A stretch of 64,000 nt of DNA from Candidatus Bathyarchaeia archaeon (lineage in GTDB: Archaea; Thermoproteota; Bathyarchaeia; Bathyarchaeales; Bathycorpusculaceae), in assembly GCA_049521795.1 (NCBI GenBank), contig JBEKOM010000001.1:128001-192000 (forward strand), written 5' to 3'. A model generated the notes under the pieces. The model ran no database searches. It was not told the DNA's origin and saw only the letters and a list, made by a program, of their open reading frames with translations. The translations under genes and the position numbers were made by a program. Shown piece after piece: positions 1 through 9,561 of the stretch (positions within the stretch are counted from its first letter, which is position 1; every line of letters begins with the position of its first letter).

Positions 1-261
1 ACTTCCACGTTCTGCATCGATTTTCAGCAAGGCCCAAACGAATCTTCTCACAAACCTTGCACCGGGGCTCGGTCGCCTGCCACTTTCGTAGTCGCTGATC
101 ACTGATGATGAAACCACCATCTTGTCTGAAAGTCTCATCTGGGAAATAGCGAAAAGTTCACGCCACTTCCGCATAGTAGCCCCAGGCTTGCTTGAGAGAA
201 TTATCTCGCCAGCGATTCTTCGGGCCAGAACCGACTCGCGAGCGCTCGGAGACGCTGACAT
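1..261 (-). CDS. XRE-type HTH transcriptional regulator, archaeal (3' part outside window)
   Basis: Manual translation from ATG 261: MSASPSARESVLARRIAGEIILSSKPGATMRKWRELFAISQMRLSDKMVVSSSVISDYESGRRPSPG; typical XRE HTH signature. Confidence 0.75.
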   Translation of the reverse strand, partial: MSASPSARESVLARRIAGEIILSSKPGATMRKWRELFAISQMRLSDKMVVSSSVISDYESGRRPSPGARFVRRFVWALLKIDAERGS

Positions 262-349
262 TCAATCTCTACCTTGTAGATCCGCCAAGTTCCCCCTTAG
301 AACGGCACGCACTATAAAAAGCTATACGCGGTTTGAAAAAAGGACGATT

Positions 350-1243
350 TTATGCTAGAAAGACCAGGAAAATTCCAACCACGACCATTATCGATCCAAA
401 AGCAGTTCGGGGAGTGACTTTTTCACGCAACAAGAAAACACTTGCTAGCGTCGAAAAGAGAGGGGTCGTTGAAGATATTGGAACAGCCCGAGATTGCGCA
501 ATCTCCACGAAACTGTACGCCAGAAAGAACCATCCGAGACCCAGTGCGACGACTCCCCCAGCAACCAAAGCCATCACGGTTTTCTTCGGCACTTTCAGAA
601 AGCCCAGTTTGCGGTCGAGCAGAGGAGAAGCCGCGAACAAAAACGCCGCAATCGCGATCACTCTCATCGTGTTGATGGCCAAAGCGTGATCCAGGTCCGG
701 CGTTTCTCTCACTGCGATATCCATCATTGCGATACTGATAGACCACACTATGGCAGTCAGAAGGGCGAAGATCATGCCAATAACCAACGATTTCCTGTTT
801 GTATCAACTTCACTTGTAAGAGTGCCTTGGCCAAGAAACCATATCCCGCCAACTATGACAACGGCCCCGAGCACAATCGCCCAAGTGATCGGCTCACCTA
901 CGAAGAAAACAGCCCACACGAGACTAAACAACGGATAAGTGCAGGTTATCGGAACTGCTCGTGCAACGCCTATGCGGCTCAGACTCACCATGTACAAGGT
1001 GTCACCTAGACCCAGACCGATTATGCCGCTGACGGCTGAGATAACAACGACTCCTGAAGGCAAACCAGTCAAGAATGTAAGCTTGCCTAAAATAACGAGG
1101 AACAAGAGCAAGATCGAACCTGTCAACGTGAGGCGAATGATGTTTGCAGAGATCGGCCTAGCCTGTTGCAGCGCTTTTCCATAGAGTAATGCTGACACTG
1201 TCCAACTGATAGCAGCGCCCAACGCCGCAAGCTCACCGATCAT
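350..1243 (-). CDS. DMT/EamA family transporter
   Basis: About 10 hydrophobic helices in two EamA repeats (GVARAVPITCTYPLFS; SRAVPISSTTPLFS). Start moved to MIGELAAL at 1243. Confidence 0.85.
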   Translation of the reverse strand: MIGELAALGAAISWTVSALLYGKALQQARPISANIIRLTLTGSILLLFLVILGKLTFLTGLPSGVVVISAVSGIIGLGLGDTLYMVSLSRIGVARAVPITCTYPLFSLVWAVFFVGEPITWAIVLGAVVIVGGIWFLGQGTLTSEVDTNRKSLVIGMIFALLTAIVWSISIAMMDIAVRETPDLDHALAINTMRVIAIAAFLFAASPLLDRKLGFLKVPKKTVMALVAGGVVALGLGWFFLAYSFVEIAQSRAVPISSTTPLFSTLASVFLLREKVTPRTAFGSIMVVVGIFLVFLA

Positions 1244-1443
1244 TTCTTTTCGCCTTCGGTTGAGATTCTGCTTGAAACTATTAAGTGTGCAGAGGCAAAA
1301 ATATGAACTGCATGGTGCGCGAAAATGCAAACAGATGCTAAATGGAGCCCTGAAGTCTCTGTAGTCGCTAATCAAACAGTCTTCAGAGGGGGAAATAGAA
1401 TCTATCGGAGTGTTCCAAAACAGTTCTGGGTAGAGCTTGTTTC

Positions 1444-1887
1444 TCATGTCAGGTTACTGCTGGAATAATACAGGAAAGGCAGTGCGAGAAGAACTGTATT
1501 GCGGCCTCTTGTCGTGAGCGAGTACCCTACTCTCAGAGGAGGACCCTCGTTCACTGACCTCCTGATGTATCCGTTCTGGTTGAGCGTCTTGAGTTTGTCC
1601 GATAAGGTGCGAGAGTTGGCCCTGAGAATCTTCTTCAGTTCGCCGAACCCCGTTTCTTCTCTAAGAAACAGTATGTAGAGGATCTGGAGGTTCCATTTCT
1701 GAGACAGAAGGTCGAAGCTCTCCTCAAGTCCTTTTATCGTTTCCCTCAATTCTTCCAGGCCGAGCTTCTGAGCTCCGAATATCTGTTGCAGCGTTTGCTC
1801 TATTCCCTCTAGATTGCTCTTCATGCGGGATTCAACGAGTTTCCGGAGCTCAGTGCTCAACAATGGCTGAGGTTTCATGCATGCCAC
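1444..1887 (-). CDS. HxlR-family winged-helix regulator
   Basis: LLSQKWNLQIL...FGELKK...SRTLSDKLKTL...PPLRVGYSLTTRG motif. Confidence 0.85.
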   Translation of the reverse strand: MACMKPQPLLSTELRKLVESRMKSNLEGIEQTLQQIFGAQKLGLEELRETIKGLEESFDLLSQKWNLQILYILFLREETGFGELKKILRANSRTLSDKLKTLNQNGYIRRSVNEGPPLRVGYSLTTRGRNTVLLALPFLYYSSSNLT

Positions 1888-1924
1888 TAGGTGTGCGGTT
1901 TCTTACTCTATGTTTTATAAGGTT

Positions 1925-1939
1925 TAACTTTTAAAGTTA
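1925..1939. promoter_or_regulatory. Palindrome TAACTTT-T-AAAGTTA, candidate operator between the divergent HxlR and HD genes
   Basis: Perfect 7-1-7 inverted repeat next to a TTTTATAA box in the divergent promoter region. Confidence 0.45.
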
Positions 1940-1973
1940 GTGTAGAAAGCACACCACAAATCGCCGTGATAAT

Positions 1974-2585
1974 ATGCGACCATTGATAGATTGCTTGACG
2001 ACCACCGTTAAAGAGAAGATGGCCCTGCTGGAAGGGACCGTTCACTCCTACTCCCACGTTGATCGCGTCTTCAGAATCGCAACCTACTTAGCCAAGAGAG
2101 AGAAAGCAGATGTCGAATTGGTACAGATAGGAGCCATCTTACACGACATAGGGCGAACGGTTGGTGAACCGCACAACGAAACGGGAGCAAGACTCGCAAG
2201 CGAGATTCTAAGCGGAACAGACTACCCTCACGAGAAGAGTGACAGAGTCGCGAGCATAGTGTTACATCACGCGCTTCCTCTCAGAGACAAACTGGAAACA
2301 CTGGAGGAGAAAATTGTCTGGGACGCCGACAAAATCGACCTGTTAGGAGCGGCGGGCGTTGCCAGAGTATTCCACTGGCTAGGCAAGAGACCGTTTGAAA
2401 ACGTTGTGAAAGACTGTTTTGAAGAATTGAAGCCCATCTACAGTCTACTAAACACCCCCACGTCAAAGAGAATTGCAAAGAAAAGACACGCGAGAACCAT
2501 GGCTTTCCTGTCAGCTCTGGAGGAAGAGCTTTCGCTGAAGGATTTAGACATGAGCCAAGAACAACAGTCGGGCAAGTGCAGATAG
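1974..2585 (+). CDS. HD-domain metal-dependent phosphohydrolase
   Basis: HSYSHVDRV...ILHDIGR...HH...WDADKID; start uncertain. Confidence 0.85.
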   Translation: MRPLIDCLTTTVKEKMALLEGTVHSYSHVDRVFRIATYLAKREKADVELVQIGAILHDIGRTVGEPHNETGARLASEILSGTDYPHEKSDRVASIVLHHALPLRDKLETLEEKIVWDADKIDLLGAAGVARVFHWLGKRPFENVVKDCFEELKPIYSLLNTPTSKRIAKKRHARTMAFLSALEEELSLKDLDMSQEQQSGKCR

Positions 2586-2632
2586 CAAAAGAGTTTTTAG
2601 TCTTATCACCAAGTAGAGAGAGGCGTTTGAGT

Positions 2633-3400
2633 TTGTCTTTCCGCGTCGAGATGGAGAAGAAGGCAAGAGAAAAGGAATCTAACATCGTTTTGGCTTTTGA
2701 CTTTCCGTTTGAAAACCCAAAAAACCGAGTGGCCCTCTTTCTCAAAGCGGAACACGTGTTGGACACTGTGCATCCCTACATTAGCGCTGTCAAATTCAAC
2801 CATCATCTGGTCCTTCCTCTGGGCACGTTTGACGGTGTTGAAAGACTTGTCAGAAAGGCTCACGATGTCGGATTGATGACAATAATGGACTGCAAGGCGA
2901 ATGACATCGGCGCCACGAACCAGGTTATCGCTGAGTACTACTATGCCGCGGGCTTCGACGCCATAATAGCCAACCCATTCATAGGATGGGAAGAAGGGTT
3001 GAAACCCATTTTCGATGTTGCGCGCCGACTGGACCGCGGGGTGATCCTCCTCGTCTACATGAGCCACAAAGCCGCAGGTGAAGGTTACGGGCAAACAATC
3101 ATCGAACCTGAAAGCGGCGCGAAAACGTTTCAGTACGTATCCTTCGCAAAAAAAGCTCTGAAATACGACGCAGACGGCGCGGTTGTGGGCGCAACCTACC
3201 CTGAGAAGATAAAAGAAGTGCACGAAATTCTCAGAGAAAAGGTTCCAATATACTCACCTGGAATCGGAGCTCAAGGTGCAACGGTTCAACCGGCCATCGA
3301 GGCTGGCGCGCGCTATCTGATCGTTGGAAGAGAGATAACACTCGCGGAAAACCCTGCGGAAACAGCAAAGAAAGTCAGAGACCTAGGAAAACCCAGCTAA
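2633..3400 (+). CDS. pyrF: Orotidine-5'-phosphate decarboxylase
   Basis: DCKANDIGATN (DxKxxDIxxT), VVGAT, SPGIGAQG, IVGREI. TTG start at 2627 or 2633. Confidence 0.93.
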   Translation: MSFRVEMEKKAREKESNIVLAFDFPFENPKNRVALFLKAEHVLDTVHPYISAVKFNHHLVLPLGTFDGVERLVRKAHDVGLMTIMDCKANDIGATNQVIAEYYYAAGFDAIIANPFIGWEEGLKPIFDVARRLDRGVILLVYMSHKAAGEGYGQTIIEPESGAKTFQYVSFAKKALKYDADGAVVGATYPEKIKEVHEILREKVPIYSPGIGAQGATVQPAIEAGARYLIVGREITLAENPAETAKKVRDLGKPS

Positions 3401-3450
3401 TGACGCCTTAATAGGTAGAGCCTACACGAAGCCATTTTGATGCAGAAAAC

Positions 3451-4128
3451 CTATCTTCGCTGCTTCTGGGCCAGTATGATGTTTCCTCTGACCCAGTTTC
3501 CGTGGTAATAACTTGTGAAAAAGTCTTTTTCGAAACTGACAATTTGGAAGCTTCTGAGAAGACTCAGTAGCTCTCTGCGGGTGAAGTGATGGCCAAAATG
3601 CAGAACCCTACCAGTGCCGTCTCTAACTGTGACTGTGCCCAATTCACCGGTGACCTTCAAGTCCTCTTTGTATCGCTTTCTGTAAACCGGATTCTCCCAA
3701 GTCCTACCGAATTCCTCGATGAAGACGTAGCCCATCTGTCTTAGGACTCTTTCAACTTCGTTCACTATTCTCGGCCTTTCGGCTTTCGGAACCATAGTGA
3801 GGACTCCTAGCATCGTGACCGCGTCAAATGAGGAGTCTGGGAAACACAGGTTTTTAGCGTCGTTGACGACAAAGTCTATTCCAGTGTGAATCCTCCGCGA
3901 TTTTGCTTCCTGTGAAGCTAATCCGATTTGTTCTTTGTCTAGGTCGATGCCTGTGACGCAAAGACCGTTCTCATGTAAGAAGAAGCAGGCTCTGCCATAG
4001 CCACAGCCGAGTTCTAAGACAGTTTTTGCCGACTTGCCTCTGAGAAAACTGATGAATCTTGTGGGCAGAGGAATTGTGTATTGAAGTTTCCTTCCGCTGC
4101 AAAGCTTCATCTTCCGCGTCTTTCCCAA
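3451..4128 (-). CDS. Class I SAM-dependent methyltransferase
   Basis: VLELGCGYG motif I; FPDSSFDAV. Confidence 0.85.
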   Translation of the reverse strand: MGKTRKMKLCSGRKLQYTIPLPTRFISFLRGKSAKTVLELGCGYGRACFFLHENGLCVTGIDLDKEQIGLASQEAKSRRIHTGIDFVVNDAKNLCFPDSSFDAVTMLGVLTMVPKAERPRIVNEVERVLRQMGYVFIEEFGRTWENPVYRKRYKEDLKVTGELGTVTVRDGTGRVLHFGHHFTRRELLSLLRSFQIVSFEKDFFTSYYHGNWVRGNIILAQKQRR

Positions 4129-4393
4129 AGCTCTTTCTTCAGCAGATCCCTCACAGAAGACCGTATAGCTGAACTTCTGCTCGGATACATGTTAGCTCTC
4201 ACAAGCTCATCTAAACCTTCCAAATAAGCTTCGGGCAATAATACGGTTACAAGTTTCACGCAACTTCCCCCAGACATGTTAAGCATATAACATGCAGCGA
4301 ATATAAAATTTCACAAAGTCAAACGGCGTTTTTGACACTTGCGAGCTCTCTGTCGCGCGCGCGGTCCTTGTGTGGCCGCGGACAAAAAAAACA

Positions 4394-4684
4394 CTAGGTT
4401 TCAGGTGTGGGTGGCGCTGGGGCAGAGACCTCTTTCTTTTCTTCTTCCTGCGAATACCGTGTAACAAGTATGTACAGCATGGAACCCCCAGACGCAATAG
4501 AGACAACTGACAATATGAAAGCGTTTCGCGTGCGGTCTGGGTCGAAGTTTTCAACGTGTGTATCAGTCATGGAGAGGTTGATGCGCCACACCTCGCCGTA
4601 GATTATCAGCCAGACTAGGCTCCCCACGAAGATCACGAGAAGAATGATTATTAGAACGTCAAAGTTCATTTTCATTGTTTTCAT
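4394..4684 (-). CDS. Small two-TM membrane protein
   Basis: Two hydrophobic segments and a Pro-rich tail. Confidence 0.55.
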   Translation of the reverse strand: MKTMKMNFDVLIIILLVIFVGSLVWLIIYGEVWRINLSMTDTHVENFDPDRTRNAFILSVVSIASGGSMLYILVTRYSQEEEKKEVSAPAPPTPET

Positions 4685-4728
4685 AATACCGTGGCTTCAA
4701 AGAACTATTATGTCTTTCTGCCCGCGCC

Positions 4729-4902
4729 CTAGCTTATCTCTGAATTCGCAAAAAAAGAATTTTCAAAGCATATACATTTTGCATATACACTTTGCATGTA
4801 CACTGTATATACACGGTTTGAGAGCATTGTTGAAGACGGTGAGGCTGTTCAGGTCGGATGCGGAGCTATGTGGCTGTTCAGGTGCGGACGCATAATAAAG
4901 CG
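4729..4902 (+). repeat. Dispersed non-coding element, copy A
   Basis: GCATATACA-like units at 4768, 4781, 4794, 4805, then GCATTGTTGAARACGGTGAGGCTGTTCAG and a second GGCTGTTCA; aligns with 59013-59170. Confidence 0.8.
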
Positions 4903-5123
4903 GGCATGGCAGCGCGCCGGTCTCAATTCATAAGAGAGCTAGCTGGGAATTGTCAAGGCGTCATGCTGCGCAAATCATAAAGCCGCAAAACAGTTAACAG
5001 TTTGAGAGGCTAGGCCTTGCTGATCTTTGACCCGAAGAGGCTCGTTGCGAATGCGATCGCAGGAGTGAGAAAAATCATAGGAGTTGCACAGCATTCCTAC
5101 ACGAGTAAACGCCTAGTGAGAAG

Positions 5124-6054
5124 ATGATTGGATCAAACGTTCCAGCTCACCCCGGTAGAGGTGGCCTGTCAACACTATTTTGCATATGCGGAAAGGTGGG
5201 GTTGCGAGTGTGCGCAGACCTACATCACTCTGTCTCGCACGTGGAAAACTAGGGAATTATCGCCCGAAGAAACTCTTGGTTTTAGAACAGCCTGGCAGGC
5301 AAGCAGCGTCAAGCAGGTCATCGCCCACGTTCCCCTCATAGTAAATCCGGCAGCGCCAACTGATGCAATCTGGCAGAACTCAAAGACCAGGCTGGCTACT
5401 GAATTGTCAATTGCTGATCAGCTTGGAATTCAGCTCTTAGTGATGCACCCTGGATATAGCGGCAGACTTGGCAAGAAGGCTGGGATCGGTCGAACGGTCG
5501 ATGCGTTAAACGACGTTCTCAACGGTGCCGAGGCTTCACACGCCATGATTCTTCTGGAGACCATGGCTGGTCAGGGCACAGCCATTGGTTCACGCTTTGA
5601 GGAACTGGCAGAAATCATAAAAGGGGTGGAAAAGAGCCATCTGCTGGGCGTATGCTTTGACACGTGCCATGTTTTCGCCGCGGGATACGACATTCGAGGC
5701 TATCAGGGATACGAGAACGTTTTGAAGGAATTTGACGCCAAGGTTGGAAATGACAAGCTCAAGATGCTGCACGTGAACGATTCGAAGGGAGACTTAGGAT
5801 GCAGAATCGACCGACACATGGCAATAGGCGAAGGAAAACTAGGATTACAAGTCTTCCACGCCATCGTTAGAGATAAAAGGTTTGAGGACACTCCGAAAGT
5901 CCTCGAATTGCCAACTAGAGATGAAGAAAAGATCCAGCAACAACTCAGACTTCTCCGAAAGCTCCAGGAGACAACGGAACATGTTTCCGAACCGAAAGAG
6001 GTCAAGATTCAGTCAAGACTGGATGAGTCGTTTCCACACGATGCCGCAGACTGA
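5124..6054 (+). CDS. nfo: Endonuclease IV (AP endonuclease family 2), apparent frameshift near 5178-5181
   Basis: HPG, LLETMAGQG, CFDTCHVFAAGYD, HVNDSK, DRH. Likely N-terminus MIGSNVP..GGLSTLF starts at ATG 5124 in another frame. Confidence 0.85.
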
Positions 6055-6120
6055 GTTAGGACGTTGGAGACCCTTCCGAAATCTATAAAGCCCCTTGAGC
6101 CTCTTCAGTGGTGACTGACC

Positions 6121-6447
6121 ATGTTTCGCGTAAGAGTGCAGAAGATCGAATCCATCCATGACCCGGACGGTAACCTTGGAAAACGAATAGAGCTGATCGA
6201 AGATCGCCAAGTTCCCCACTTTACAGTGAGGCCTCAGACAGAAGAAGCCAAGGTTGTTCAAGATGTGCTTCAAGCCCTGCAGCAGCAAATGCCGATGTTC
6301 CCCGGAAGAGTGGATCTCGCAATTCCAAAAATAATCCTGTTTCTAACAGAACAAGAATACGAAACATTAGGCATAGACTTTGACGTTAACCAGATATACG
6401 ACATAAACCTTGAAAATCAAAGTCTGAAATTCACGAAAACTGCATGA
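6121..6447 (+). CDS. Arcadin-1-like protein
   Basis: RVQKIESIHDPDGNLGKRIELIE...EEAK...PKIILFLTEQEYETLG resembles arcadin-1 as recalled; no search run. Confidence 0.6.
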   Translation: MFRVRVQKIESIHDPDGNLGKRIELIEDRQVPHFTVRPQTEEAKVVQDVLQALQQQMPMFPGRVDLAIPKIILFLTEQEYETLGIDFDVNQIYDINLENQSLKFTKTA

Positions 6448-6766
6448 TTTCTTTCCTTCTCTGTCTCAAAGCTGAATGCTTCGGATGGAATGACAAGACA
6501 AACATCATGTTCCTCAGTCGCATGCAGATGTCTTCGATGCTTGACTGCTCCTCGCCTACGCAATAGATAGGAATAGGCTCTTCTTCACCGTTCTTGTAGT
6601 AAACGTAAATCGGATCAAACTTCTTCGTGAAGGTCTTGATTTCGAAACTCAGCTTCAAATGTTTAGCCATCTTTTCCGTGGCAACACTCACGGGTTTGAA
6701 GCGTTTTTCGCGCGATGCAAAACTCGAGGCGTAAACGAACAATTTTCCGTTACAGTTCTGAAGCAT
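6431..6766 (-). CDS. Hypothetical protein
   Basis: 111-aa ORF with protein-like composition. Confidence 0.65.
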   Translation of the reverse strand: MLQNCNGKLFVYASSFASREKRFKPVSVATEKMAKHLKLSFEIKTFTKKFDPIYVYYKNGEEEPIPIYCVGEEQSSIEDICMRLRNMMFVLSFHPKHSALRQRRKEIMQFS

Positions 6767-6879
6767 GCATGCTCACCTAGATCACGGTCGAACGGACATC
6801 TTTTAAGACAAGTGCTGAAACAACACGTCTACTAGGCAGAGAGATGAGTTTAAGTGAAGAGCTTCCGCAGGGAGAAGCG

Positions 6880-7155
6880 ATGAAAATCAGGGCGCACATG
6901 TTCGCGCGAGGCAGAGTGCAAGGCGTGTTCTACAGGTCAGAAGCAATGTATGAGGCGAGAAGGCATCATGTGAACGGATGGATCCGCAACCTACCGGATG
7001 ACAGGGTTGAGGCTGTCTTTGAAGGTGAAGAACAAGACGTGAAGCAACTCGTAGAGTTCTGCAAGCGAGGCCCTCCCTCTGCAAGAGTCGAGGCCACAGA
7101 AGTTGCTTGGGAGCCTTACACAGGTGAGTTCAAGGATTTTGAAATAAGATATTAG
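6880..7155 (+). CDS. acyP: Acylphosphatase
   Basis: GRVQGVFYR, GWIRNLPDDRVE, GPPSARV. Confidence 0.92.
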   Translation: MKIRAHMFARGRVQGVFYRSEAMYEARRHHVNGWIRNLPDDRVEAVFEGEEQDVKQLVEFCKRGPPSARVEATEVAWEPYTGEFKDFEIRY

Positions 7156-7188
7156 CAGACGCTTTTACATGCTGCGGAAAGAGTGTGT

Positions 7189-7617
7189 TCAAGTCATATG
7201 TTTAGGAACTCTGAAGTGCGATGCTTTTCCGGCGCTGACGTATTCTCCTCCAGCTTGACGCACAACAGATGCGATCTTTGAGAAGTTATCAGAACCCAAG
7301 TACTGCCGCGGCTTGATGATTATGTAATCGTCCTTTTCCTCAAAATTCAACATGCTTTCCAAGTCTTCAGGGAACATCGTCCGCAGGTCCTCTATAGCCT
7401 TCGACTTCTCAGCTGGCCGAGGCGCCCCAGCGACACTCGGAGACTGACCCAGCGACAAAGGCGGCGGCGCAACCACGGGCTGAGTGATCTGTTGAACTGA
7501 CAGCGACTTCAACGAAGCGGACACTTTCCTCAAGTCCTCGGCGATTCCGCTCAAGATCACGACGAGTTCGTCAACTCTCTTGGTAAGATTGTCCACCTTC
7601 ACTTTATCCGTGCTCAT
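7189..7617 (-). CDS. Hypothetical protein (N-terminal coiled coil, C-terminal alpha/beta domain)
   Basis: 142-aa ORF; GGEYVSAGKASHFRVP C-terminus. Confidence 0.7.
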   Translation of the reverse strand: MSTDKVKVDNLTKRVDELVVILSGIAEDLRKVSASLKSLSVQQITQPVVAPPPLSLGQSPSVAGAPRPAEKSKAIEDLRTMFPEDLESMLNFEEKDDYIIIKPRQYLGSDNFSKIASVVRQAGGEYVSAGKASHFRVPKHMT

Positions 7618-7711
7618 AAGCCTTCAACCCTCCAAATCCTTAATACTTCACCCATTTATTAATTGTTTCCGACTCTTCTCACAAGCCGAAAAAGAGGCGC
7701 ACAGAGCATAC

Positions 7712-8749
7712 TTGATCGAAGTTGACGGCAGCAAGAAAGGAGGAAGCGGCACGATCCTCAGACTGTCAGTCGCCCTGTCAGCCATAACGGGGCAACCGCT
7801 TCACATCTACAACGTCAGACACAACAGACCTCAACCAGGCTTGAAACCCCAACACTTGGAAGCAGTCTTGACAGCCGCAAAACTGTGCAACGCTGAACTC
7901 GATGGCGCAAGAATTGATTCTCGCGAACTCTGGTTTAAGCCTAGAGAAGTTGAAGGAGGCAAGATCGAGGCAGAAATCGGCACCGCCGGAAGCATACCGA
8001 TGCTCTTGATGACCGTGCTGCCGATCTGCGCTTATGCTAAAAGGACCGTTGTCCTGCACGTTTCTAAGGGTGGAACCGACGTTTCAAACGCGCCCACGAC
8101 AAATTACATGCGCTTCGTCCTCTTGCCAACTCTCTGCCGCATGGGTCTAGAAGCAACTCTGAAGGTCAACAAGTACGGTTACTACCCAAGAGGAAACGGC
8201 GAAGTAACGGCAACAGTGAAGCCTGCAGAGTCACTCAGACCTTTACACATGGAAACATTCGGCAAGATAAAAGCCATCAAAGGAGTATCAGTCTGCACAT
8301 TCTTAGCCGAGAGGAAAGTGGCTGAAAGACAAGCAAAAGCTGCAAAAGACTATCTGAAAGAAAAAGGCTACGCAACAGAGATCCAAGCAGTAAACGACAC
8401 GTCAAACCCCCTGCAGAAAGGCAGCTCAATAGTGTTGTGGGCCGAAACCGACGCGGGCACATTGTTGGGAGCTGACGCGATAGGCGAACTGAAGAAGACA
8501 AGCGAAAAAGTCGGCGAAGAGGCCGCCCAGAAACTCTACGCGGAGATTTCTGCCAAGCCCACGGTTGACGTACACTTGGCCGACCTGCTCATCCCATACG
8601 TGGCCCTGGCTAAAGGAAGCTCGATCTATTTCACGCGGGCAGTTTCAGAGCACTTAGAAACAAACATCTGGGTTACTGAACAAATCTTAAACGCTAGGTT
8701 TAACGTTGAAAAGGTGAACGGGCTTCACAAAGTAGAAAAAACAGAGTGA
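7712..8749 (+). CDS. rtcA: RNA 3'-terminal phosphate cyclase
   Basis: IEVDGS..GGSGTILR, RPQPGLKPQHL, GGTDV, GYYPRGNG, VDVHLAD; TTG start 7712. Confidence 0.93.
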   Translation: MIEVDGSKKGGSGTILRLSVALSAITGQPLHIYNVRHNRPQPGLKPQHLEAVLTAAKLCNAELDGARIDSRELWFKPREVEGGKIEAEIGTAGSIPMLLMTVLPICAYAKRTVVLHVSKGGTDVSNAPTTNYMRFVLLPTLCRMGLEATLKVNKYGYYPRGNGEVTATVKPAESLRPLHMETFGKIKAIKGVSVCTFLAERKVAERQAKAAKDYLKEKGYATEIQAVNDTSNPLQKGSSIVLWAETDAGTLLGADAIGELKKTSEKVGEEAAQKLYAEISAKPTVDVHLADLLIPYVALAKGSSIYFTRAVSEHLETNIWVTEQILNARFNVEKVNGLHKVEKTE

Positions 8750-8758
8750 AGAGACCAC

Positions 8759-9547
8759 ATGGCCAGTAGCACCCGCAAAAAGACGGTTCAGAGATACTAT
8801 TCTATCAGGGCTAAAGATTACGACCAGCAGAAGAGCAGGACGTGGAAATCTGAAAACGGTTTTGGAGCAGAAATACTTGACGAAGTGCTCAACGCGTTCA
8901 CAGGTTTTGAGAGCAAACTTCTGCTAGAAGTGGGCGTCGGAAGCGGAAGAAACGCGAAGCCTCTGCTTGAAAAAATCAGACCATGTCTCGTAGGGCTTGA
9001 CTTAACGAGAGAAATGCTGAACAACGCGAGAAACAAGCTCCTCGCTTACAAACAGCATTCCGACCTCATTCTGGGGGATGCTGACCACTTACCCTTCGCA
9101 GCCGAAGCTTTCGATGGAATACTGTGCATGAGCACCATGCACTACTTCGAAGACCAAGAAAGAACGCTGGAAGACTATAGACGATTGCTCAAAGAAGGAG
9201 GCACTTTCGTGTACGGCGATCTGTCTCCACACGATGCTGACGACCAGAAATTCTTCGAAACATTGGAAAGAACGATATCCAGGGCGCACACAAGATACTA
9301 CAAGGCTTCAGAAACGAAGAGACTGCTCGAAACTCACGGATTCCATGTCTCTAGAATGAAAACCATTGCATACAAAAAACCCTACGACGCGTTGATCGAG
9401 GACAAAGGAAAATACTTTGCCATCAAGCCCGAAGTACTTCGCAGATACGTGCATGCGGCCAGCAAAGAAGCAAAGGAGCAATACGTCCTCACGGACACCG
9501 AATTAACCCAGTTTTACACAGTCATCACGGCAACACGAGAGAATTGA
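8759..9547 (+). CDS. Class I SAM-dependent methyltransferase
   Basis: LLEVGVGSG, GDADHLPF, LLKEGG. Confidence 0.85.
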   Translation: MASSTRKKTVQRYYSIRAKDYDQQKSRTWKSENGFGAEILDEVLNAFTGFESKLLLEVGVGSGRNAKPLLEKIRPCLVGLDLTREMLNNARNKLLAYKQHSDLILGDADHLPFAAEAFDGILCMSTMHYFEDQERTLEDYRRLLKEGGTFVYGDLSPHDADDQKFFETLERTISRAHTRYYKASETKRLLETHGFHVSRMKTIAYKKPYDALIEDKGKYFAIKPEVLRRYVHAASKEAKEQYVLTDTELTQFYTVITATREN

Positions 9548-9561
9548 ACCTGCGTGACAAA

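Noticed and set aside
4843-4885. GGCTGTTCA repeats as a mini CRISPR array
   Set aside because: Only two 9-12-nt units with a 29-30-nt period; too short, and no cas genes.
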